This document shows positions 19,190 to 29,163 of a DNA stretch of 64,000 nt, piece after piece. Position 1 is the stretch's first letter. Every line of letters begins with the position of its first letter. The position numbers and the translations under genes were made by a program. The stretch comes from a virus: IMG/VR virus record IMGVR_UViG_3300034073_000569, positions 32,001 to 96,000 of that record; one strand, 5' to 3'. The notes under the pieces were generated by a model. It was not told where the DNA came from. It ran no database searches and worked only from the letters and a program-made list of their open reading frames with translations.

Positions 19190-20809
19190 TTAGAATGATC
19201 CTCCAGTAACTGGGTTTCTCATAACAATCTTCAACACCTTAGTTGGGTCTTTTACCCAGATTGCTGGCATTGTTTGTGTCATGAATACACGGTAACCGTT
19301 GAACTGTCCAGAAGACTGGAAGCCTTGAGTACGACCCATGTAGTCCATTGTACCGTTTTGGTAGAACCACTTCAATTGATTATCCCAAGATAACTTCAAC
19401 AAGAAGATGTTGTCGTTAGTGTTCTCAGTAATATCAAAGATAATGAAATTGTAAGAAGATAATGGGAAACCATCAATGATTGGGTTCTCAATATCATTAG
19501 TGTGGATGTTATCAAACGCTGGGTTCAATACAAACTTAACGTTAGCCAAGAAAGGAATAACGTATTGAGTGTATGCAAAACCAAAGTTTAAGTCCATACC
19601 TTTACCAGTGATAGCTCCTACCTCTGATGCATTAATTACTAAGCCAGAGTTGATAGCTTCACGCTTGATAGCTTCGTTAACAAGCTTCATACCACCAAGG
19701 CCAGTTTGTACAACTAACTCACGCTTAGGATCTGGACCTTGGAATTCAACCTTACCATTAAAGAAGTTGAAGATCTCAGATTTAAACAAGTCTAAGTTGA
19801 ATGAACCTTTGTTGTAAATACGCTTGTAAGAGTTATCTAACTGCTTCCAAAGACCTACAGATAAACGAATATCATCTGGACCATCTTGCTTAACCTTACC
19901 ACCTTGACCCCACATTAAGTAAGTTTCAATGTCGTTAGCAATCTTAGTCAAATGAGCTGCTTCCATAGAAGTTAAGAATGTACGAGTAAGCTGTCCTGAT
20001 TCGTAAGCTTTCTTTACATAATCTTTACCCATTTTAGAAGCCATAGTTTCTAAAGAAGATACAGAAGGATCAACGTTCTTATCGAAGTTTCTCCACATTT
20101 CAATTACAGGAACTGTACCGTCTGCTTTCATTCCACCTTTCATCATTAAGTCAGCACGAGAGCTAACAGAATAGTGAACGTGAGCTTCAGCACCACCTAC
20201 ATAGTTGTAGAATTCACGGAAACCTGCATTGATGTTACCGATATCAGAGAAACGCTCACCGTATTCACCACGAGCAGATCCTTTACGGAACACCTTAGTA
20301 CCCACCTTTAAGTACTTGTTATCCAAATACTTAGCATTGTCGTTGTTTACCAACTGAACAGTATAGATGAAACCGTCACCTGCTGGGATAATATCGTCAG
20401 CTGTGATGTACATCTCAACACCGTTGTACTTGTCATAAGTGATGATATCACCATGACCAAAAGAACGCTTATTCAATTTAATCTTGAAAGACTGACCATC
20501 AATACCTTTAGTGGCATTTGCTGATTCAATATCTTCTGTAATGTATGGAAGATCCTGCGTTACTGGAATCTGCCACTTGTACTCACCACGTGCGTTATCT
20601 ACTGAGATAACGTTCTTACCGCCAAAGCTAGACATCTGGTACAAAGGCATTTCTACCTTTTGAGCCATAGCCCATAAATCTACAGGACCTAAGTCTGTAG
20701 GTTCTGCTGACTTTAGCAAGTTTGAAAGGTGGTAGCTGTCTACGTGCGAGCTAGTCTGATAGCTGGTATCTCGTAGAAATATACCATTGTTCAAAACTGG
20801 AGTTGCCAT
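19190..20809 (-). CDS. Major capsid protein (crAss-like, HK97 fold)
   Basis: 539 aa; position after portal and scaffold; strongly biased codons; EYKW and IETYLMWG motifs. Confidence 0.8.
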   Translation of the reverse strand: MATPVLNNGIFLRDTSYQTSSHVDSYHLSNLLKSAEPTDLGPVDLWAMAQKVEMPLYQMSSFGGKNVISVDNARGEYKWQIPVTQDLPYITEDIESANATKGIDGQSFKIKLNKRSFGHGDIITYDKYNGVEMYITADDIIPAGDGFIYTVQLVNNDNAKYLDNKYLKVGTKVFRKGSARGEYGERFSDIGNINAGFREFYNYVGGAEAHVHYSVSSRADLMMKGGMKADGTVPVIEMWRNFDKNVDPSVSSLETMASKMGKDYVKKAYESGQLTRTFLTSMEAAHLTKIANDIETYLMWGQGGKVKQDGPDDIRLSVGLWKQLDNSYKRIYNKGSFNLDLFKSEIFNFFNGKVEFQGPDPKRELVVQTGLGGMKLVNEAIKREAINSGLVINASEVGAITGKGMDLNFGFAYTQYVIPFLANVKFVLNPAFDNIHTNDIENPIIDGFPLSSYNFIIFDITENTNDNIFLLKLSWDNQLKWFYQNGTMDYMGRTQGFQSSGQFNGYRVFMTQTMPAIWVKDPTKVLKIVMRNPVTGGSF

Positions 20810-20851
20810 GAGGCTTTTAAATTTAAGGGTTAATAAATAATTTAAGTAAAA

Positions 20852-22138
20852 TTAGCGTTTAAATATGTTTGTAGGTCTAGCAATCTTTCTAGTCCTAGTT
20901 TCATCTTCATCCTGATAAGTAGAGACGTTTTTACGAGCTTGCTCTGTCTTTAACTGTCTCACTGTTTGTTCTACCGCTTGGTTCTTTCCTTGTTTTACCA
21001 AGTTCTGACGGTATTCTTCAGGATTAGATAATAACCATAATGCTTCAGCAATCAATGGGTAGTTAGGTTCTACAAACTGATACTTCTCTAAAAGATGACC
21101 CAACTGGTTAGTTGGTCGTCCACTAATAGAAGGATAGTTAGGTTGAACTAATCCACTATATAACTGAGCCTGAGTCTTTTTATCCAACTTAAGTCCGTTA
21201 ATCTCTGCTGGTCTCAAAGCTTCAAATACATTTTTCATGTATGCTTCAGCAGCTTGTTCTTGTTGCTGCTTTCTGCTTTCTTGCTCTGCAATCTGAGATT
21301 GTACAATCTCTTCTTGCATCTGATCCAACTTTGGTTTAAACTGCTTGGCTTTCTTTTCTAGTACACCTAGATCTTTCCAAGTAGTAAGTTCTTCTTCAAT
21401 CTCCTCTTCTGTACCAAAACCAGTAGCTTGTAAATAAGACTTTACAATACCTTCTTGGTCGTTCTCATTAGTAGGATCTAACTGACGAACCTGTTCAACC
21501 TGAGCTAGAGCTTGGAAAAGACCTTTTAAATCTTGTCCTCCATCTGCTACGTACTTAGCTGCATATTGCAACTCTTCTGGTAATGACTCAAAAAACTCTT
21601 GAGGAGTCTTTGCAGCAACTTCTTGTTTTAAGTTATCAATGTTGGCTTGCCATAGCTCCTCAACATCTTTCTCTCCAAGACCACCTAAGTAATCTTCTAA
21701 AGACTGCTTACTCTCATCATAATCATCAAAGGCAAACATTTCCTTTGACTCAATACGTTTTTTAAGAAACTCTACTAAGCCAGACTTTTCTGTCTTAGGT
21801 CTTCCACCTTTAGATTTAGCAGATTGATCATCATCATCATCTTGATCACCATCATCATCCACATTCACAAGGTTGTCAATAAAGTCTTTAGCTGCAGCTG
21901 GATCTTTATCCTTTTTATCATCTGCACCATCTGGATCTTTATCATCCGTGTCATTATCATCCTCATCTAAAAAGCTTGTGTCAAACTTTCCTTGACTAAA
22001 GATGTTGGGTTTTGGATCTTTTTTATCTTCAGTTGTAGGAGTTACAATGCTATCTGCACCGGGTGCTCCTAACCAACTATCAATATCAAGATCTACTTGC
22101 TGCACAGAAGTCTGTACATTGTTTTGATTATCAGTCAT
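20852..22138 (-). CDS. Putative scaffolding protein
   Basis: 428 aa; very acidic N-terminus and coiled coils, between portal and MCP. Confidence 0.6.
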   Translation of the reverse strand: MTDNQNNVQTSVQQVDLDIDSWLGAPGADSIVTPTTEDKKDPKPNIFSQGKFDTSFLDEDDNDTDDKDPDGADDKKDKDPAAAKDFIDNLVNVDDDGDQDDDDDQSAKSKGGRPKTEKSGLVEFLKKRIESKEMFAFDDYDESKQSLEDYLGGLGEKDVEELWQANIDNLKQEVAAKTPQEFFESLPEELQYAAKYVADGGQDLKGLFQALAQVEQVRQLDPTNENDQEGIVKSYLQATGFGTEEEIEEELTTWKDLGVLEKKAKQFKPKLDQMQEEIVQSQIAEQESRKQQQEQAAEAYMKNVFEALRPAEINGLKLDKKTQAQLYSGLVQPNYPSISGRPTNQLGHLLEKYQFVEPNYPLIAEALWLLSNPEEYRQNLVKQGKNQAVEQTVRQLKTEQARKNVSTYQDEDETRTRKIARPTNIFKR

Positions 22139-22166
22139 TTTGTTTGGTTTTTATGTGTATCTCTAC

Positions 22167-22180
22167 ATAATCAATATACA
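22167..22180 (-). promoter_or_regulatory. Putative late promoter (GTATATTGATTAT)
   Basis: Motif shared with three other operon starts. Confidence 0.5.
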
Positions 22181-22225
22181 ACTTAAATCTTAAAAATTTA
22201 CTTTTCCTGTAATTTTTTTATCTAA

Positions 22226-22247
22226 GGTGTGGATAATAGAGCTATAA
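22226..22247. promoter_or_regulatory. Recurrent 22-bp motif containing a DnaA box (copy 1)
   Basis: GGTGTGGATAATAGAGCTATAA; copies at 34263-34284 and 42191-42212. Confidence 0.6.
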
Positions 22248-22253
22248 TTATTC

Positions 22254-25001
22254 CTACTTTTTTGTAGAAGTTTTACCTCCGACATCATACTTGTTCTTAT
22301 TCTCTCTAGCAATCTGTAATTGTTTGTCTGCAATCTCTCTCTGAGTCTGAATTTTCTCACGCTCAATGTTTAACTTTTGAGCACCTTGTTCTTTTCTAGT
22401 CATCTCAGATTCACGTTTCAAGTTCATTTGATCTTGATAACGTTGTTCTTGACGAATACCTTCTAAAGCATCTTGATAGTCAGATTGTTGATTTTGGTTA
22501 ATATCTACACCAGCACCATATCCTGCAGCTCTAATTTCTGCTACAGTAAGCTGAGTTTGTCTATCAAGATCAGCCTGCTCAGCTCTAAATTGTAAGTCCA
22601 TCTGCTTCTGACGCTCTTGAGACTCAATCATTTGCTGCTGCATTTCTTGTTGCTGCTGTAACTCAGATTGTTTAGCTGCTTGAGTCTTTTGCTCAGCATC
22701 TTTAAGAACACCTGTAAGTTCAGCAATAGACTCAGATTTAATAACATTACCTAAATCATAGATAGAAGCACCAGTAGTATTGTTATTAAGAGCAAGTTGT
22801 TTAAGCTGCTCCATTACATTTCTAGCATTAGTCTTAGTAGTACAGAAGATATTTAAGTCTCTCATTAATAACTCAGTACCATTCATCTCAAAGTTAACCT
22901 TCTCATCTTTACCAGTAATGTACTGAAGACGTACGCTAGGTTTCTTAGAGTGATAATATTGAGCTAAGTCTGTACGCATTTGGTGAACTCTTGGCATTAA
23001 ATTATCAGAGTGTTGGATAAAATACTGCTCTGTTTGTGCATAAGAAGCGTTCATAGCTTGTTCTATACCAGTAGCAGTTTCTTGACCAATCATCTGACCC
23101 ATACGCTGAGGGTTCAAACCAATCACCTCAAAAGCTTGATTCTTAAAGTAACTAGCTAAGTTTACACGAGATAGTAAACGATTAGTTTGTTCTAAGTTTA
23201 ATACTTGGTAGTGTTGGAAGTTAAGAGCATTCTCAGTGTTAGTAATAGACGTATCTAAAGGTAACATCTGGAAGTTCTTCATGGCTACATAAGCCTTAGC
23301 CATATTATTCTTACCCCAATCTTCACCCATAGAGTGACGTGGTAAAGAGTTCTGGTCTAACATGATAACTGTTCCTAGCTCATCTACTAAGATGTCAGCA
23401 ATCTGGTTATTTACAATATTATAACCTATCTGATATGGCTTCATAAGATCTACCAATGAAATACTGCGGGTGTTTCTATCACCAAACACAGAACCTTCAA
23501 CTGGAAGTTTACATCCATAAAGTGTTGCATCTCCTTTAAACTGGAATGGAATACGTCCTGGTTTACCACCATTAAGACCTAAATAAATAGGATTGATACC
23601 TCCAGGGTTATTCATACCCCAGAACGCAGGACGGTTAGGTCCAATCTTAACGCCACCCCAAGTTTCGTTAATCCAAATCCAGTCAATATGTTCTCCAAAG
23701 ATTAAGTTATCTTTAGACTTTTGCTTGTATATAGAAGTATTATACAGAGGTTTATCTGTAACTTTATAGCTTTCACCAATGATATCTTGGATAATTTCTC
23801 CTTCTTCTGTAATCTTAGTCAAGTGACCAATCTTACGTTGAGACTTCCAATAGATTGTAGATACACGTAGTAAATGAGACTTGCCAAAATCCACTGTATC
23901 CTCAGAATCCGCTAAAATCCACTCTACAATATCTCCTGTACCAAACTGTGTGTCGTATAAAGAAGCATATTGTCTATAACCTAATGATGGCATTTCTGTA
24001 TTCCAATCATGAGATTTAGTAGGATCATAGTATGTACCGTCATTCTGGTATCCTTGTACAGCATACCCAGCTGAACGTACAGGATAGATGGCTTCTAAGG
24101 ACTCCAATTGATCTTGGGTCATCATCCATCCATACTTGTCAATAACGTCTGATACAGACATCATATCCATCTTTCCTACCCAGTTTCCTTGAGAGATGTA
24201 ACGTACATCTGGAGACTTGTGATAGAAAGTAAGTAATGGGTTCCAAAGCTCTACATCATAGTCGTCCTCATTCATCTTAAAATGCCAGAACTCCCTATCT
24301 GTAATAAGCATATCTCTAAATGCACGCTCTTCAAGCTCTTGCATTTTAAAGCGTTCTTCATCTACTGACATCTGGTGGGTAGCCCACTCTTCAATCATAG
24401 ATCTGTAATCTTTACGGAAAAATCCTTCAATCTCAGGAAGCTGTTGTAGATTTTCTGGGGCTAAAGCTTTCTGCATTTCTTCAGAATCTAGCTCAATACC
24501 CATATTCATCATCTCAATCATCATCTTTCTCTCAGCATCCTCTAGTAAAACTTTCTCTACCATGGAACGCTTTTCCTCCATCATTTCATTATATGAGATG
24601 TCGTCAATAGCCTTAAACATGATACGTGAGCTTCTCTTAGAGAACTCATTACATAACACGTTGATTACGTTAGGAATAATAGGATAGAACTTAAGCTCTA
24701 ATGCAGACTCATCCTCTTTTGTTAATGTGTCAATAAGATCAGCCATCTCATTGTCTTCTTCTACAATGTAGTCAGCCTTATCAATAATACCCTTAGCCAG
24801 CTTGTAGTTCTTCATAAGTCTACGAGCATTACGTCTAAGTTGTTTCATACCTTGGAATTCTAGCCAATCTAGGTTCCATGCTCTCCATTCCTCATCCTTC
24901 TCTTTTTCAGATATAAACTGGATAGGCTGGGTAAGTGTACCCATTTTGTTATAATCCGCCTTTTTTCCAGATTTAAGATCTAGAGCATTGTATATCTGCA
25001 T
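22254..25001 (-). CDS. Portal protein
   Basis: 915 aa downstream of the terminase; YPIIPNVINVL and SLVDLMKPYQ motifs; C-terminal Gln-rich coiled coil. Confidence 0.85.
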   Translation of the reverse strand: MQIYNALDLKSGKKADYNKMGTLTQPIQFISEKEKDEEWRAWNLDWLEFQGMKQLRRNARRLMKNYKLAKGIIDKADYIVEEDNEMADLIDTLTKEDESALELKFYPIIPNVINVLCNEFSKRSSRIMFKAIDDISYNEMMEEKRSMVEKVLLEDAERKMMIEMMNMGIELDSEEMQKALAPENLQQLPEIEGFFRKDYRSMIEEWATHQMSVDEERFKMQELEERAFRDMLITDREFWHFKMNEDDYDVELWNPLLTFYHKSPDVRYISQGNWVGKMDMMSVSDVIDKYGWMMTQDQLESLEAIYPVRSAGYAVQGYQNDGTYYDPTKSHDWNTEMPSLGYRQYASLYDTQFGTGDIVEWILADSEDTVDFGKSHLLRVSTIYWKSQRKIGHLTKITEEGEIIQDIIGESYKVTDKPLYNTSIYKQKSKDNLIFGEHIDWIWINETWGGVKIGPNRPAFWGMNNPGGINPIYLGLNGGKPGRIPFQFKGDATLYGCKLPVEGSVFGDRNTRSISLVDLMKPYQIGYNIVNNQIADILVDELGTVIMLDQNSLPRHSMGEDWGKNNMAKAYVAMKNFQMLPLDTSITNTENALNFQHYQVLNLEQTNRLLSRVNLASYFKNQAFEVIGLNPQRMGQMIGQETATGIEQAMNASYAQTEQYFIQHSDNLMPRVHQMRTDLAQYYHSKKPSVRLQYITGKDEKVNFEMNGTELLMRDLNIFCTTKTNARNVMEQLKQLALNNNTTGASIYDLGNVIKSESIAELTGVLKDAEQKTQAAKQSELQQQQEMQQQMIESQERQKQMDLQFRAEQADLDRQTQLTVAEIRAAGYGAGVDINQNQQSDYQDALEGIRQEQRYQDQMNLKRESEMTRKEQGAQKLNIEREKIQTQREIADKQLQIARENKNKYDVGGKTSTKK

Positions 25002-25006
25002 GATAT

Positions 25007-25309
25007 TTAATTATTTAAGTCTGCTGGTTCTTCAGCAATTGAATTAGTAAACGAAGAAGTTGTTGTTAAAATACTAGATGGATTACTTGTACCCATACTA
25101 ACATTACCAGAACTACTGATAAACATTGGCATAGTATAGTTTGGAGTAGTACTAGTATGCCAAGTACCTGTTGATGTAGAAGGAATATGCACAAGTTCTT
25201 TTTCCTCTTCCTTTAAAAGAAGTAAAGCCTCTTCGAGTGTAATATAGTTTTCTTTAACTAGTCTAGATAAGATCTTTACCTTTTCTGTGTGGAGCTCATT
25301 GTTTTCCAT
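25007..25309 (-). CDS. Hypothetical protein
   Basis: 100 aa between terminase and portal; ITLEEALLLL motif. Confidence 0.6.
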   Translation of the reverse strand: MENNELHTEKVKILSRLVKENYITLEEALLLLKEEEKELVHIPSTSTGTWHTSTTPNYTMPMFISSSGNVSMGTSNPSSILTTTSSFTNSIAEEPADLNN

Positions 25310-25310
25310 A

Positions 25311-27503
25311 TTATTTCATATTTTTAAAGGGATTACGAGGGGCTCTTGACATACCTCCACCACCTTTAGAACCACCAATATGTCTAAAGGGGCTCCAATT
25401 TAATTTACTAAATTTCTGGGAGTTATCCAAGTTTTCTTTTGTAACTTCTACACGTTTAGTTAGTCCTCTATTACTCTGTTGTACCTTAGCAAACGCTATA
25501 AGGGCACAAAATGCTACTAAACGGTCAACGTTTAAGCCATCTCTATAAGCTTGCATCTCACGTAAAAGCATGATGTCAGGGATACGTTCTACACCATAAA
25601 CAGTTTTTACGATGTCACCGTTTTCTTTAGTCTCATGATCCAGCTCTTCTTTTAGGAATTCAATACCATAAGATAGTACGTTTCCTTTAAAGAGTGTACC
25701 AACGTTTTTCCATCCATACTCTTGGAATACGTTACGGTTGGCACCAATATCTTTTAAGAACAAAATCATGTCTTTTGGTACTAAGTATCGTTGCTTTCTT
25801 TTAGAGATCATATACTGAATGAATAAAGCTACGTTATTTTCCACAACTGTCCAAGCATTATACCACTCTATAAGAAGCTCAAGTCTTTCATGAGTTTTAT
25901 TAAGATCGTCAAAACGTCCACACCATGATGCTACAATCATGTCACGTTCTATCTCATTTTTAACCATTCCGTTACCATCATCTTTGATCACCTCTACTGG
26001 ATTCTTATATACGTATATAGAACATAGTGATTCTGAAGTAGTTGTCTTTCCTTCTCCAACAGGGTCCACAGAAGCATAGTACATCCCAAAAGGAGGATCT
26101 TTATGTGGTCTCTCGTAAATACACAACACTCCTTCTTTATCTTCAGTCTTTTTAGATATAGGAAACTCCATGATAGGAATCTTTCTAGATGGTTTATCTA
26201 TAATCTTTCCTTCAGCGTTACGAGAAAGCTCTAAATATTCTACAGGATATTCTTTATCTTGAATACGTTGCATCTGTTTAGCTACCAAGTGTGGTGGGAA
26301 TACACTCACCTTACGTGTAGCAAAAGCTTCTTCAATACAACGTGGTTGCTGTGAGACTGTCAACTGATAAGCTGCCGGATCTAAATCCTTCTTCATCTTA
26401 TCAAATTCTTTCTCTAGAGCCTCTAAAGCTTCCTCAACCTTAGAATTACCCCACTGATCAATATACGGAGGCATAGACCACTGTTCTGGGATAAATAGAC
26501 CGGTAATTCCTATTGTCCCATCTTTGTCTACAAGATTAGACTCTACACCATAGAATCCATTTTCTTCTGGATGCATGATATATTCTTTCATAGGTTCACA
26601 TTGATCCAAGTCACCGACAGATCCTGCTGCTATAAACTGACCAGTAATCATATGACCAGACTTTAATGCTGGCTTCATGAAACCATATGTGTCATCCATT
26701 TTAGGAGCAATACCAGCCTCCTCGTGAAAGAAGTATGTTACGGGTCCACCGACACCATGGGTAGGATCTTTCTCAAAAGAGTATAGGTTGATCGTGGATT
26801 TCAAACCTTTATAAGTATCACGACCACCTATCCTCACTTTAATCTGTTGCTGCCACGCCCCGACTTTGTCAGGCTCAGCTGGACGATACCAGGCTGTATG
26901 TTCATTTAAGAAGTTCTTATATTCATTAAGAAACTTCCATGAGCCTTTCTCGTTTATATAATCCTTTAGAGAAGCACCAATCTTTAACACAGCTCCTTCT
27001 TCAAACCAATACTGGTTAATTAGTTTAGCCATGTGGAAATAAGAAGATGCTATCTGACGCTTTTTTAGAATGATGGCATGCTTCCAATGCATTTCAGCAA
27101 GATGTTCATATAATGCCATGTGATATTGGGCATCTCTCACCTTAGCAAAGTCAAACCTCTTTTCTTCTTTATCATAGATAGGTAAGAAGTTTAACCACAT
27201 GTAATAATCTCTACTAACATACCAAGCTTTTCCGGCATCTTTTATGATTATACCATTACGGCATTTTGCTTTCTGATCATTCCAGTAAGCAATAAAGTCT
27301 TTAGTCTTTACAGGTGCTGCACAATAGTATCCTTGTTTCTGAAACTTACGACCTTCTTCATTGAAGATCTTACTAGTTTCATTAAACTCATACTTACCGG
27401 GTTCTTTGAATATAGATAATAAGAAGTCTCTAAACTCTTCTCTTGTATAGAAGGTAGTTACATCCCATGCTCCATTTTCATATGTAGGTATTTCTTTAAA
27501 CAT
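25311..27503 (-). CDS. terL: Terminase large subunit
   Basis: 730 aa; LKKRQIASS Walker A-type motif, FFHEEAG Walker B, ASVDP nuclease motif. Confidence 0.9.
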   Translation of the reverse strand: MFKEIPTYENGAWDVTTFYTREEFRDFLLSIFKEPGKYEFNETSKIFNEEGRKFQKQGYYCAAPVKTKDFIAYWNDQKAKCRNGIIIKDAGKAWYVSRDYYMWLNFLPIYDKEEKRFDFAKVRDAQYHMALYEHLAEMHWKHAIILKKRQIASSYFHMAKLINQYWFEEGAVLKIGASLKDYINEKGSWKFLNEYKNFLNEHTAWYRPAEPDKVGAWQQQIKVRIGGRDTYKGLKSTINLYSFEKDPTHGVGGPVTYFFHEEAGIAPKMDDTYGFMKPALKSGHMITGQFIAAGSVGDLDQCEPMKEYIMHPEENGFYGVESNLVDKDGTIGITGLFIPEQWSMPPYIDQWGNSKVEEALEALEKEFDKMKKDLDPAAYQLTVSQQPRCIEEAFATRKVSVFPPHLVAKQMQRIQDKEYPVEYLELSRNAEGKIIDKPSRKIPIMEFPISKKTEDKEGVLCIYERPHKDPPFGMYYASVDPVGEGKTTTSESLCSIYVYKNPVEVIKDDGNGMVKNEIERDMIVASWCGRFDDLNKTHERLELLIEWYNAWTVVENNVALFIQYMISKRKQRYLVPKDMILFLKDIGANRNVFQEYGWKNVGTLFKGNVLSYGIEFLKEELDHETKENGDIVKTVYGVERIPDIMLLREMQAYRDGLNVDRLVAFCALIAFAKVQQSNRGLTKRVEVTKENLDNSQKFSKLNWSPFRHIGGSKGGGGMSRAPRNPFKNMK

Positions 27504-27783
27504 TATTATTAAACTCAGTGTCAGTTAACTTATGTACAGCATTAATGTCACCTTTTCCTCTATGCAATAAATATAAAAGAGTATTGATATCTTTACTACG
27601 TAGTATACCTTTTATTTCATAGTTACTCCAATAAGCTGTATATAAACTTCTTGGAATAGCATTCCATAATCCTGTATAAGGATTAAAATGAAATGTCCAA
27701 TCATGCATGAATTCATCTTTTACATCTGATACAGCTGCAAACTCTTTGATGTTCTCATAGTCTGTGTAAACTTCCTGTTTCAT
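27496..27783 (-). CDS. Hypothetical protein
   Basis: 95 aa, overlaps the terL start. Confidence 0.6.
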   Translation of the reverse strand: MKQEVYTDYENIKEFAAVSDVKDEFMHDWTFHFNPYTGLWNAIPRSLYTAYWSNYEIKGILRSKDINTLLYLLHRGKGDINAVHKLTDTEFNNNV

Positions 27784-27809
27784 ATTTTTAACATTTAATA
27801 TTTAATATT

Positions 27810-27903
27810 TTAGGAAAGCAGAAGATGGGTGCGTGGACATCTGCTTTTACGATTGGCTTTTCTAACCGGTTTGGCCCCTATGAGCAAATTCCAATCAACC
27901 TAA
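27810..27903 (-). ncRNA. Compact three-way-junction RNA of unknown family
   Basis: Stems TTAGG/CCTAA, GATTGG/CCAATC and AAAGCAGA/TCTGCTTT form a GC-richer island in an AT-rich spacer. Confidence 0.55.
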
Positions 27904-27907
27904 GTTT

Positions 27908-28315
27908 TTACTTATTGAATATTCTTTCTAAAAGACTTCTAGATTTTAAATACTCAATTTCTTCTTCTGCTTCAGATAAAGAACAAGATAATGACATCAT
28001 TTCTACTCTTAACATACGAACTGCTTCTTGTAGCTCATCTATAGCTTTTGAAGCTTTCATACCTTCAAAATTTACATGAAATAGTTCTGAACAATCTCTC
28101 TTTCTAGCATATGCATAGCCATATACAGAGTTTTTGCTCTTCATTTCTTTAAGTTTTTTTAACTCATCTTGTAACTCATGATACTCATCATAAGATACAG
28201 TTACGGTTGGTCTGTGTGTCATATCTTCTGTTTCTTGGTTTGTTTTATTTACTACATAGTCACTATAACTAGATGACATATGGTTAAGTAATAAAGGAAA
28301 TAACATTGGTCCCAT
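27908..28315 (-). CDS. Hypothetical coiled-coil protein (start 28315 or 28222)
   Basis: The track start at 28378 lies inside the tRNA-like gene; ATGs with A-rich leaders occur at 28315 and 28222. Confidence 0.6.
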   Translation of the reverse strand: MGPMLFPLLLNHMSSSYSDYVVNKTNQETEDMTHRPTVTVSYDEYHELQDELKKLKEMKSKNSVYGYAYARKRDCSELFHVNFEGMKASKAIDELQEAVRMLRVEMMSLSCSLSEAEEEIEYLKSRSLLERIFNK

Positions 28316-28329
28316 GTTTATAAAATTAG

Positions 28330-28498
28330 CTGTAGAGGGTGGACTCGAACCACCAAGGTGAGATTCAATTGATAACACAACGCTTGCAAGCTGGTGGTCT
28401 ACCCCATATTATCAATCTATTTCTGTATCACCGCCCACGAGACAGGTGGGTACGTTTGCCGTGGCCATACTGAGACAGCCATATTTCGTCACTCTACA
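28330..28498 (-). tRNA. Enlarged tRNA-like RNA (nominal anticodon GTC) with D-loop and variable-arm insertions
   Basis: Acceptor TGTAGAG/CTCTACA; T-arm GGTGG-TTCGAGT-CCACC; anticodon arm CCCAC-CTGTCTC-GTGGG; 169 nt. Confidence 0.75.
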
Positions 28499-28505
28499 AT
28501 TTTAC

Positions 28506-29156
28506 TTATTTATTATACTCGTAGTTTAATATCTGTCCTACTAAGTCACTACGGTGGTTCTCTTTTAGTTTAATCCATTTAATGCCATCAATCTTTTTAG
28601 ATAGTTCAATAGCATAAGTTAATCCAGTGGTAGCATCTTTTGTATCTTGCTGCTCATTATCACCGTTCACAATAATCTTACCAGTCTTACCAAGTCTAGT
28701 TAAAATAGCAAGCATCTCAGCTTTACTCAAGTTTTGTGCTTCTTCTACAACAAGAATATCGTCAATGGTTTTACCACGGATAAACTGTACGGGATAAGCT
28801 ACGATCTTCTCGTCTTTTACCATAGCTTGAATCTTAACTTTATCTGCACACTTAACCAAGTTTTCTTGGAATGCTTCTAAATAAGGGTTAAACTTGTCTT
28901 CTAAACTACCCGGTAAATACCCTAATGAATTACCCACTTCTATAGTAGCACGTGTGATATAAATATGATCACATTGTTTCTTGTTTAAGAAATCTAGTGC
29001 ACTTAATGCACATACTAGCGATTTACCAGATCCAGCTCTACCAGTTACTATGACAATCTGATTTTCTATAATCAAACGTCTAGCTTCTTTCTGCTCATCA
29101 TTAAGATTAACATGATACTTGATCTCTTGTTTACGTTCTCTGTTTGGTTCTTTCAT
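28506..29156 (-). CDS. phoH: PhoH-like ATPase
   Basis: GRAGSGKS, LGYLPG, FIRGKT, VEEAQN, LTRLG, GDNEQQD motifs. Confidence 0.92.
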   Translation of the reverse strand: MKEPNRERKQEIKYHVNLNDEQKEARRLIIENQIVIVTGRAGSGKSLVCALSALDFLNKKQCDHIYITRATIEVGNSLGYLPGSLEDKFNPYLEAFQENLVKCADKVKIQAMVKDEKIVAYPVQFIRGKTIDDILVVEEAQNLSKAEMLAILTRLGKTGKIIVNGDNEQQDTKDATTGLTYAIELSKKIDGIKWIKLKENHRSDLVGQILNYEYNK

Positions 29157-29163
29157 AGTTTTC

